Source: Candidatus Daviesbacteria bacterium
GTDB taxonomy: Bacteria; Patescibacteriota; Microgenomatia; Daviesbacterales; UBA10151
Assembly (NCBI GenBank): GCA_016432425.1
Contig: CP066688.1
Coordinates: 514,619 to 578,618 of the forward strand
DNA length: 64,000 bases
Reading direction: 5' to 3'
Within the stretch, counting starts at the first letter, position 1. The number at the start of each line of letters is the position of its first letter. Of the stretch, positions 1 to 10,700 are shown one piece after another. The position numbers and the translations under genes are program-made. Below the pieces are notes generated by a model that ran no database searches, was not told the origin of the DNA, and was given only the letters and a program-made list of their open reading frames with translations.

Positions 1-1047
1 CAAAGTCCCCAAAATCCCCAGATATTCATTAAACAAGGCCTTGAAGCGGATGTTCCATAAATTGGTCTGGTTTAGCTCAATGGGTTTATAAATAGTGAAA
101 TTAAACAGGGTAGTGGCCGGGCCGCTGCCCCAAAAAGGGCTGTCCCGGAAGCTGGAGGCAGCGATTTTCCAGGAGGGAATAAAGGGCAGTTGCACTTCCC
201 GGGGGAAGTTTTGGGCCTGTTTGCGCAAGGGACTGTTGGTATTAATGTTTGGTAAAAATGAAACTGCCGCCACCAGGGTTACTAACGCCAAAGGCACCAA
301 CAGATAGGGGTAAAACCGGCGGGCCCCGCTGCGGTGGAGGGTTAAAGTCAGCAGTATGGCCACTCCTGCGCCAATATAGGTGGCCCAGACCCCGGTTAAA
401 GCAATCACCATGCTAAATAAAGTTAAGACTGCCGCAGAGAGAGTTTTGTTAATATGGGTGCTGGTAGACAATATATTGTTTAACAAAAACGGCAGCAGCA
501 GCACCAAAACAGCGGTGGTGGAAAAACTGGAGCCGGTGGGAGTAAAGTTTAGTCCTTGGGCAAAGTTGAAAGGTAAAATTTTCACTCCCAGAAAAGTGAG
601 CAGGCTCATGGTGGCCAGGATGATGCCGGAACCCAATAGAGTATTTAAAATACTGCCATAATCGTTTTGTTGCAGGTTATGGACCAGCAAAAAATAAAGT
701 AGGATTAAAGCCCCCCAAGCAGCTAAAGTGCCGTTAACTTGGGGTAAATTGCCGATTGAGGTGCTGACGGAAGAGCTCAGTAAAGTAGAAACAATGGCCA
801 CTACCAGTAAAACCAGTAGGGGTAAGCTCAAAGGGGTAATTTTTAAGATTACTTTGCCTTCCGAGAGGTTTTTTAAGGCAGATAGGATAAGTAGCACTGC
901 CAGAAATACCATCAACCCTAAAAACTTGGGGGTGTCAAAAAACTCAGTGGTCTGGTTGGCAAATAAAAATAGGGTAGACAAAATCAGCAAGAGTGTACCA
1001 AATCTTTGCACTACTGAGAGGGTTTGGCTAATAGTATTAGTATTCAT
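1..1047 (-). CDS. Polytopic membrane protein, possibly O-antigen ligase (Wzy/WaaL)-like; partial, runs off the window start.
   Basis: Hand translation of the minus strand gives an uninterrupted ORF from ATG (complement of 1045-1047) to position 1. It starts MNTNTISQTLSVVQRFGTLLLILSTLFLF and has many hydrophobic helices. The N-terminus resembles the O-antigen-ligase-like ORF at 60794..62962. The + strand ORFs at 95..1051 are antisense artefacts in a single frame with stops. Confidence 0.5.
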   Translation of the reverse strand, partial: MNTNTISQTLSVVQRFGTLLLILSTLFLFANQTTEFFDTPKFLGLMVFLAVLLILSALKNLSEGKVILKITPLSLPLLVLLVVAIVSTLLSSSVSTSIGNLPQVNGTLAAWGALILLYFLLVHNLQQNDYGSILNTLLGSGIILATMSLLTFLGVKILPFNFAQGLNFTPTGSSFSTTAVLVLLLPFLLNNILSTSTHINKTLSAAVLTLFSMVIALTGVWATYIGAGVAILLTLTLHRSGARRFYPYLLVPLALVTLVAAVSFLPNINTNSPLRKQAQNFPREVQLPFIPSWKIAASSFRDSPFWGSGPATTLFNFTIYKPIELNQTNLWNIRFKALFNEYLGILGTL

Positions 1048-1148
1048 ATAACTTAAACGTAAAGGTTTTTCTCCTTATTTGGCAATAGCTATTATCTATA
1101 TCAATCTATAAATTTAGTAATCATCTTTCTAATATAATAATGTAGGAA

Positions 1149-1730
1149 TCAACTATTTCTCGCTTTCAGACGTTTTTTAAAAAGATTTTCTGTAAAACCG
1201 CCTTCACTAATAAAAGCTTTTTCTAAAGCCTGGAGTTGGCGATCAAGTAAGTAGTTGGCCTGGTGAATTAAGGTGAGGAGTAAATTCCCAGCTTTCTCTG
1301 GGCGCGACAGATAGGTCTTATAAGTCTGATAGGTCGTATCTGTCCGATAGGACAGCGCCCGAAGTTCCTTTGCTTCAGGGCTATCTTTGTCCCAGATGGG
1401 TAAAGACCGTTGTCTTAAAAAATCCTCGTAGTCAATGAGCAGCTCTTCTAAAGAAGCCCTGGCCACTCCTACCAGTTTAATTTCTGTTTTTTTAGAAGTT
1501 GCAGAGGCTTGGGATCCTTCGGCAATGTTTTGTCTGCCGGACCTGGCCGCCTGCACCATTTGGTCAGTGGTTCTAGAACGGGGGTTAATATACAATCGGA
1601 CAAATTCGACAGTTAGGTCATATATGAGAGTGGTGGTTTGGTAAGAGTGGAGAGTCCGGTAACCACCATGCCCTTGTTTTTTATTAGTCGTATCGGTCTG
1701 ATATGTCATATTGGTCTTATTGGCTTTCAT
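1149..1730 (-). CDS. Four-helix-bundle protein (23S rRNA intervening-sequence protein family, TIGR02436-like) with a C-terminal extension.
   Basis: Family signature ...QNIAEGSQAS..SKK..I....ARASLEEL... Overlaps the giant gene's stop by 14 nt. The true start may be the internal Met (MTYQTDTT). Confidence 0.55.
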   Translation of the reverse strand: MKANKTNMTYQTDTTNKKQGHGGYRTLHSYQTTTLIYDLTVEFVRLYINPRSRTTDQMVQAARSGRQNIAEGSQASATSKKTEIKLVGVARASLEELLIDYEDFLRQRSLPIWDKDSPEAKELRALSYRTDTTYQTYKTYLSRPEKAGNLLLTLIHQANYLLDRQLQALEKAFISEGGFTENLFKKRLKARNS

Positions 1731-4700
1731 TTATTATAAACCAGTCAAAGTTAATGTCAGAAGCGGTAGTGAGGGGGACAGAGACAGTAAAACTCTGGTT
1801 TGCTGTCTTTGATAGGACTGATAATGACTGATCTGTCAGATTAGTTGCAGTTACCAACACCCTGGAGTTTAACTTGATTAGGGGAGTAGCAATATCTACA
1901 GATTTAGTTCCGGCCGGAATTTTACCTGTTCCCACAGAGGCTCCGGCTACTGCCTGGTATTCTTTAGCCGATACAGTTTGAGCTGTTAAAATACCTTCCT
2001 TATTTATAGTGACCTTACCATTAAAGATATCTACTAAACTGGCTAGTGGTGAATTTTGAATATACAAAATTCCATTTGTCAAATTAGTCAAATTGGTCTC
2101 ATCAGACCAATAAGAGTTAATGGAGTTTCCGGTAATGGCCAGTGTTCCATCCACTGTGAAATCACCGGCTACTAAGGTATTCCCTAAGGTAGTATGACCT
2201 AAAGATTTAAAGCTGTTTTGAATTTCTGCATCATAGGCAGTTAATTTACCGGAAAAAGTAGCCTCGGAAGTTACTTTAAGATTGGCCAAAGTGGCTGAAC
2301 CAGTGGCCAGCAAAGTATCCGGTGGAGTCAGGTCCAGGCATTCCACCCCCGAGGTGTAATCGCATTTTTTCACCTCGGGGGTGTTTTTAGCTAGCTGGGC
2401 TGAGAGGGAAGCTATTTGGTCGGCTAAGGATTTGGTAGTGGCAGATTGGGTGGCAATGGTAGTTTGCAGATCTGCCAGGGCTCCGGACTGGGTGGCCACC
2501 TTGGCTTCCAGGTTTTGCAGGGACCTGGCCACATCAATACCAAAGCTGATACCTCCATTGATAGAGGTGGCAGATTCATAGGCCAGAACAGAATCCTGAG
2601 CCGGAGGAGTGACATTAAAGTTATAATTTAGCACCAGTTTATCTGCTTTAACACTTGGCATAATTAAGTTGCCTTGATCATCTACAGATAAGGAAGAGAG
2701 GAAATCTCCGGGATCAGCCCAGGAAACATTAACAAAAGTCATAATCTTGCCCTGGCAATTCACCTCGGGGGAGTCAGAGCCCACCCCCGAGGTGTTACAA
2801 CTGAATGCTTCCAGTGCCTTCCCCACAGTTGGGCCGGGACGGGTGGCTTTCATAGCCACACCCGGAGTGGAGGAGGAAGTCAGATAATCTCCCACCTCAA
2901 TGGGGCCATTTTCTGAGGAAACCTTGGTAGGTACTCTTCCTGCCAAAGCTAACATGACAGGCTTGGCTGTTTTTCCTTGCAGGTCCGGGGCTTCCTCATC
3001 CCCTAAAACCAGCCCAGGCTTGGTAGTCATAATGCCCAAAACTTTACCATCATAAGCCTTATCAGATTTCTTAAAACCAATACCCGGTAAATCCGGATCA
3101 GCCACCACCACATCAGCTGCCTCCAGGCTCATATCCAAAGAATAATAAACCTCTGCCAAATCAGCCCCAGTTCCACCGGTCACTGTCCAAACTATCATTT
3201 CACCCCTACCCCCAGCCGCACCAGAACCACCCGTATTAGTGCCTCCACCTCCACCTCCACCTCCACCTCCAGGCACACCACTTGCACCTCCAGCCCCACC
3301 AGTACCGGAATCCTGTGCTCCACCCCCACCCCCACCACTTCCACCTCTGAGAGTACCAGCGCTGCCAGCACCTCCGGCACCGCCATTAGTAGTACCGGCA
3401 GTACCTCCTCCGCCAGACGAATAAGAGTTGCCGCTACCACCTGCTCCACCAGCAGTTTCGGTATTGGAGCTATTAAGTCCACCACCACCCCCACCACCTG
3501 CGCCTCCCCAGCGGGAGCTACCACCTGCAACACCATCACCTCCTGCTCCACCTCCACCTCCACCTCCTCCTCCTCCAAAGTCAGCGCTTCCACCTCCACC
3601 AGGACCACCACTCCCACCACTTGCTCCAGCACTGCCGGTGACACTTGCACCACTTGTTGCACCCCCATCATTAGTTCCACCTCCACCACCGCCTGGAGTA
3701 CCATTCCCTATACAACAGTCTCCACCTTGGGAACCACCAGTACCACCTTTACCACCTAAAGCAGTAAACCAACTACTGCCAAAGGTGGTATCCCCCCCAT
3801 TACCCCCAGTACCGCCATTACTGCTTGATCCAGCAGTCCCTGCAGTCCCAGCTGTTCCGATGCTTACTGTTTCGGTTGATCCGACAGATGCAGCGTTAAA
3901 TATTCCCCTCTCAAAGTGGCCACCTCCTCCACCCCCACCACCATTTCGTCTGGTTCCGGCAGCTGCTCCTGCTCCACCCCCCCCTCCACCACCTGCACCG
4001 ATAGCTTGCACAACTACTAATATTGCTCCACTTGGTTTGGTATAAGTACCATTAGCAGTGAAGGTTTGCACGCTGGCTCCGGCATCAGTGCCGCAGGCCA
4101 AGACTCCGGAGGAGTTAGTGTCAATAGTGTTGCAGGAAACCAGTCCGGAAAAAGTAATGGTGCCGGAGGAGGTAATACCGGTCAGGCCCGAGGCAACACC
4201 GGCCCCTGTGACATCCCAGGTATTGCTGTTGATGACGACGTTATCACCGTTGTCCCCTAAATTAACAACACCGTTAGCGGTCAAGGTGCCGTTGGCGGTA
4301 ATCGTACCGGAAGCAGTCAGGGCGGCTGCGGTGATTGTGCCGGTAAGTGTTGGTGATGCGCTCATAACCACGTTGCCTGTTCCGGTAATGGCATTGGAAA
4401 CTAAATTCTTGGATGCATCTGTAAAAACAGCCTGGGAAGCAGTCAGACCGGAGAAGTTAATAGTGCCGGAGGAGGTAATACCGGTGGCGCCGGTGATGGC
4501 TCCGGCCCCGCTAATATCAATGGAGCCGGAGTTTAGGATATTGCCCAAGGTGCCGGTAATTAAGATACCGTCTGTGATGGTGCCTGCGGTTTCTGCAATC
4601 TGTATGGCATTGGTGAGGGTGCCGGCCCCTGTTTGTTCTATCAGCAGCCCATTGGTAACTGTTTCATTAATATCCCGGTTATCTATATGCTGCATGGTTT

Positions 4701-7700
4701 CCAAGGTGCCTGTGGTTAACGAGTCATTTAAGTTGGCTATGACAAAAGCTCTTTGGGTGCTGGCATCTGTGGTGGCATCATTGGTGAAAGTGATAGTTAA
4801 ACCGTCAAAAGCAGCAGCAGTGGCTGCCGTATTCCAATCAAGAGTCTGGACTGTTTCTGCCATGGCTATTGCCCCATTGCCTGTTGGGTCGCCAATGGTG
4901 TTCCAGGTGGTTCCTCCTCCGCCAAAGCTGGCCCAGGTATTGGTATCAGTGCAGCCTTTGTAGGCATTGTCAAAATCATTAAAATAGATATCACCCACGC
5001 TGCAGCTGGCCGGGTCTCCGGTGTCTGTTTTGCCTGCTGAAACATTAACAAAAGAATAAGTTCCCTGGTCTTTTAAGGCCAGCATGGCATTGGTGCCGTC
5101 ATTAAAAGTCAAAGTCCCGGCATTGGCAAAAGAGAGAATAGGGGTGGAGTCGGCAAAGTTAATATCCGTGTCCCAGGTGGTGCCGATAGTTAAGGCAGTG
5201 TCAGTCCCATTGGAGGTGGTAATGTTGTCAATCTTAATGGCGTTGATAGTGCCGCCGGCAGTGGTGGTGGCGGGAGGGGTAATGAGCAGGCCGTTTAAAG
5301 TGCCGGCCCCTACTGCAGTCATGGAAGCAGAGAGCATATTTTCTGTGCCTCCGGTAGTGATGGTGCCGTTTGATACTAATACTCCTGAGGCAGTGATGGT
5401 GCCGCCAGCTGACTGGGTAATATTAGGCAGCTGGATATTGGCTCCTCTCCAGGCAAAAGAGCCGGCTGTAGCATTGGTAATGGCTCCGGTGGTACCTAAA
5501 TTAAAGCCGGTATAGACTGTATCATTGGAAGTAGTGGAGGCAACCGGCAACTGGAGATCGTATCCGGTGATATTTTGGCCGGCAGCCGGGGTAGTGAGGT
5601 TGGTATTGAGATTAAGAGACATGCCTGTAATGGTGGCTGCTCCCTGGGTGGTGGCTCCTCCAAAGTCGGCATTGACCAGGGTGCCCGAGGTCCAGGCGGT
5701 TTCTAAGGTAAAGTCCAAATATGTGCCGGTGGTTTGAGGGTCAATGGTGACGGCGCCGGTTGCTCCGGCCACATCAAAGTAGGTCAGATCAATGTTGGCG
5801 GTGGTACCGATAATATTGTTGTCGCCGATATTTAAGGAGTTGGTGTAGTCGGTGTCTGTTATGGTGATTGCGGTGGTTACTGCCGCGTCCGGGCTGAACG
5901 TCATGGCTCCGGTTGCGGTTAACTGCACATTCTGGGCGGTGATAATTAAATCTTCGCCTGCCGCGTCTCCGCCTGAAGCGTTAAGAGTAAGCGTTCCTGA
6001 CGTGGTGGTGGAAATGGAGAGGTCTCCAGATGTTGAGTTAATGCTCCTGGTCCCTGCCCCGGCAATTTCAATGGCATCCCCTGTGCCGGCATTCTCTACA
6101 TGAAGAACGTCTCCCGAGGAGGTTGAGTAGTTCTGGTCAACCACCAGGACATTACCGGTATGGGTTAGGGTTCCTGTAGTTTGTGTAGAAGTATCGGAAA
6201 TTGATACCAGTGCTCCTGAAACTGTTAAGGTAGAGGCAAAAAGGGAGTTGGTGGTGACTGACCTGCTTATATCTAATACTTGTCCCGAGATTGCGGGGGT
6301 AGTTACTGCTGTGGAGTAGGTAGGAGAGAAGGAGATGTTGGCAGTATCAGCAGATAAGGTGGTGTCGGTGGCAGCGGTTGCTGATTGGGCCACATTCAAA
6401 AGCACCCCCGAGTCAATGGCATTGCTAGTTGAGGTAATATCCAAACCCTTGCCGGTGGTTAAGGCGTCAACCGAGAGAGTCAGAGCCGTCCCGCTGGAGA
6501 TACTGTCTGTGGTTATATCAATGGCATTAACAGTGGCTGCTCCACTGTTTATATCAAAGGTGGTGGCTACCCCGGTATTACCCAGAGTAATGGCATCAGC
6601 ATTGGTGGCACCGGTGCCGATATTGATGGTATCGCCAGCAGTACCGGTGCCTAAATTAATAGTTTTGGTGGTATTGGCAGTAAACAGGTTGCCGGTGGTG
6701 GTCGAGGAACCGGCCACCGGTAGGTCTAAGGTTACAGAGGTGGTTGTATCAGATGTTGATATATTGAGATAGTTATCTGTGCCTTGCTGAATATCCAGAG
6801 CATCAGCTAAATTATCAGGAATATTGCCGGTGATGCCGGCATTAGAGGTGGCATTAATGGTGACTCCGTCATCACCTGTGATGGTTAACAGGCCATTTGA
6901 GGTAGACCAGGTGGAGGCATTGTTAGCAGTTAGGGTAAGAGCTTGGGCTGCTCCGGCAGCCACAGTTAAAGCCCCGCCGGCAGGACCGGTAATGGTGGCA
7001 GCCCCATCTGCATCCACAAAAGTAATATCTCCCACACTACTAAACTGGATGGAATCTGTACCGTTACCTATTTCTAAAGGTGCAGATGGGGTAGCGTCCC
7101 CAATGCCCACATTACCATTTTCCACAATCAGCCCATAATTGGCAGTAGTAGCCCCGGAAGCTGAAAAATATCCGGCTACATTGGTGCCTGATGTGGCATT
7201 GGTATTGGTAACTGCAGAATATATGCCATAAGCTGTATGGGCCAGTTGGGCATTGGCTCCGGATCGGGCCAGATTTAATAACTTTGATGTTCCTGATGCT
7301 CCTCCTGCAGTTGAGGTTGAAGAGACATCCACAGCAGTACCGGTTGAGAGGGCATCAGCGGAAATGATCAAAGCTGTACCTGTTGAGATTGAGTCAGCCA
7401 GATAGGACAAAGGATTGGTTGTTGTAGCTGTGGTGTTAATGGTAGTGGTCTCATCAATATCCAAAGTATTATCCAAATCATCAAAATCTATACAGTCAGT
7501 ACAGTTGAAGGCTGTCACATCAGTGGCTGTCAGGGTGGTAGCCCCGCCCAGAGTTAAGGTATCTGTGGAGTGAGTTAAAGTCACATCACCGTTGTTAAAA
7601 TTAATTACTCCACCACTGGCTAAAAACAGATCAGACCACATCAGGGCAGTAGTGCCTAAAGCATTACCATCAGAGGTGGAGGGGGAAAGGGAGGTGGCAT

Positions 7701-10700
7701 CAAGTGTTAGCTCATTAGTCCCCCCGATACCAATCTCTAAAGAGGTGGTGGCATTAATATCGCTGTCCCAGCCAGTTCCTATTGACAAAGCAGTGGTTGC
7801 TGAGTTGGTGGTAGTGGTGTTGCCAATGTTTACTGCAGTAAAAGTATCTGCATCAGTAGATTCTGTCCAGGTAATGTTTAACCCGGTATTTGCATCTGCC
7901 CCGGTATCTGCAGTTGAAGTTACTGCTATGGTCAATCCATTGATGGCATTTACTGATGTGCCTGCAATATTTGCCACATCTCCTGCATTAGCCCCAGTCT
8001 TGGATATATTGGCAGTGTCTCCGCCGTCCAAGGTGACATTAAAGTCTCCACCTGATAGATCTAAATCACCATCGTTAACTAAAATATCTCCAGCTGTAAT
8101 GTATAGGGCATCTGTTCCATCAGCAGAACCTGCTATAACCAGGTTTCCCTCTGTTGGGCTAGAGTCCCCAATGCCCACATTACCATTTAGGAAAGTGGCA
8201 GCATAAGTAGTATCAGAGGCATTGGCAGTGGATACATCAACATATAATCCATAAACAGTGTTGGCCAAGGATCCTGCATCTGTTAAACCAATATCAAAAA
8301 CCCTTAAGGTATTGGCATTGGTTGAGGGGGAGTTAGTGATGTTTATATCCATTGCAGACTGTGTCCCGCCGGCAGTTGGTGTATAAGTGGCTGTTAAATC
8401 AAAGATGTCCCCGGTGGTGTGGGCAGCAGAGGTTGCCAGTACCAAAAGCGGTTGGGTAGTTAAAGAGGTAGTGCCTGTTAAGTTAATTGAAGAGTTAAAA
8501 TCCAGCTCATCATTGGTGGAGTCCCATAAAATGACAGCATTGGGGGTGGTGTCGCCGCGCTCAAACGCCAGCGAAGCATCTTCGGTATCGAGGGTGTTGT
8601 TATCAGAGTTGATGGTCCAGGAGCTGGAGGTGGTGGAACCACCTGTCACTGTTCCTGCTAGATTGGTCGCATCAACTGTATCAAACCAACCGGTGGCAAA
8701 GCGGGTGCCGGAGGAGCCAACATCAGTCCCTGCGCCTTGCGCTAAGATATCAGAGCCTGTTGACATTTGGATGTTACCCCCAAATTGGGCAGCCCAGTTG
8801 GTGGTGGCACCTGAGGCTGTGAAATAGCCGCCGATATTGGTGCTGGTAGTGCCGGTATTGGTGACAGCAGAGTAGAGCCCATAAGCTGTGTGGGTGGCAT
8901 TGGCATTAGCACCGGAGCGGGCCAGATTAAGTAAAATTGAGGATGAAGAACCTGTCCCTGCGGTGGAGCTTGATGCCAGATTAACTAACCCGTTGGTGGT
9001 GCCATTGCCGGTCCAGGTATTGCCGGTGGTGGCAATATCCAAAAGCCTGCCTGTGGTGACAGCATCAGTGGTCAGATACAGACCGGTTCCTGAAGTGATG
9101 GCGGTGGCATCAAAGACAAAACCAGAGGTAGTGGTGGCACCTGTTGCCACATTGGAGGTAAAAGTTTGAGAGCCGGTGCCGGAGGTTAAAGCCAGGGAAC
9201 TGGTAGAGGCATTGTTGCCGATGGTGATAGTGTCTGCTCCTGTTCCACCAGTACCAATATTGATGGTATCTGCCCCTGTTGCACCGGTGCCGGCCATGTT
9301 GATGGTGTGAGTTCCGGAACCGGAACCTAGGTTGATGGCAGTGTAGTTGCCTGAACCATTACCCAGATCCAGCAGAGTGGTGGCAGCTCCACCCAAAGAG
9401 AGAGTGGTGGCTGTGGCGTTAAAGATGGTGGCAGTTGTTGTAGTTGTTGTTATATCAGCAGAAGTTGCGCCATTAACAGCCAGGTCTCCGGTGATGGTAG
9501 TATCAGCATCGAATGAATACCCGGAAGAGGCCCCGGCAAAAGCCAGGGTATCTGTGGAATGGGTTAAAGTTACATCCCCATTATTAAAGTTAACTACTCC
9601 ACCACTGGCTAAAAACAGATCAGACCACATCAGGGCAGTAGTGCCCAGGGCATTCCCGTCAGAGGTGGAGGGGGAAAGGGCAGTGGCAGTTAAGGTCAGT
9701 TCATTACTCCCCCCAATCCCCAGGTAAAGGGTGCCGGCGCTGTTTAGGGATAAATCACCTGAGGTGGCTGTGGAGATAGTTAAGTTCCCAGAGGTATTAG
9801 TCCAGGCAGAGGTGCCGCCGGAAGCCAAAGTTAGCGCTCCGGTGGAATTGCCCAGGGTGGTGGTGGAACCGGCTCCGGTAGAATAGGTATGAGCTCCTGA
9901 TGCTCCGGTGCCTAAGGTGGTATTACCGGAGGAGGTCAGGGTGGTGAAAGCCCCGGTCCCGGCAGTAGTGGCCCCAAGGGAAACAAAGTTGGCAGCCCCG
10001 GCCCCGGTAATATTCCAGTTGTCATCATTTAAAGCCAGGGAAGAGGAGGCAGTGGTGGTACCGATGGTAATGGAGTTGGCCACCGCTCCTGTGCCAATGG
10101 CGATAGTATCTGCTGTAGTTATTCCGGTGCCAATGTTAATGGTATCAGCAGCAGTACCGGTGCCTAAATTAATGGTCTTGGTGGTATTGGCAGTAAAAAG
10201 ATTACCGGTGGTGGTAGAGGAGCCGGCTACCGGTAAATCAATGGTTACAGAGGTAGTAGTATCAGAAGTAGATATATTGATATAGTTATCAGTGCCTTGC
10301 TGGATATCCAAGGCAGGAGAAGTGTTATCTGGAAGATTGATGGTGGTAGTACCACTGATGGTTAAGGTATCAGAGGTGGCATTGCCCAAGGTGGTGTTGC
10401 TGTCAACTGTTAAATTGCCGGTAGTGGACAGGTCTCCGCCGGTTGATAAAGTTGTACCTTGGACTGTTAAAGATTGGGCAATGGTGACTGAACCGGAAAA
10501 ATCCCCGTCTTTTCCCCACAGTTTATTCCAGCGGGTAGAAGATGAGCCCAGATTATAGAAACTGTCACTGAGCGGATTAAGGTTAGTCCCGACTGACCCG
10601 CTTAAATTAACAGTGCCGTTGAAAGTGGCTGCATCACTGATAGTCATCTTGCCGGCAAAATTGGCATTACCTTCTTTGTCAATGGAGGAGTTAGACAAAT

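Noticed and set aside
95-1051. Three + strand ORFs (70, 93 and 107 aa) in one frame separated by stops.
   Set aside because: They are antisense to a continuous 349-codon minus-strand ORF (membrane protein) and have implausible composition. Treated as reading-frame artefacts rather than a pseudogene.
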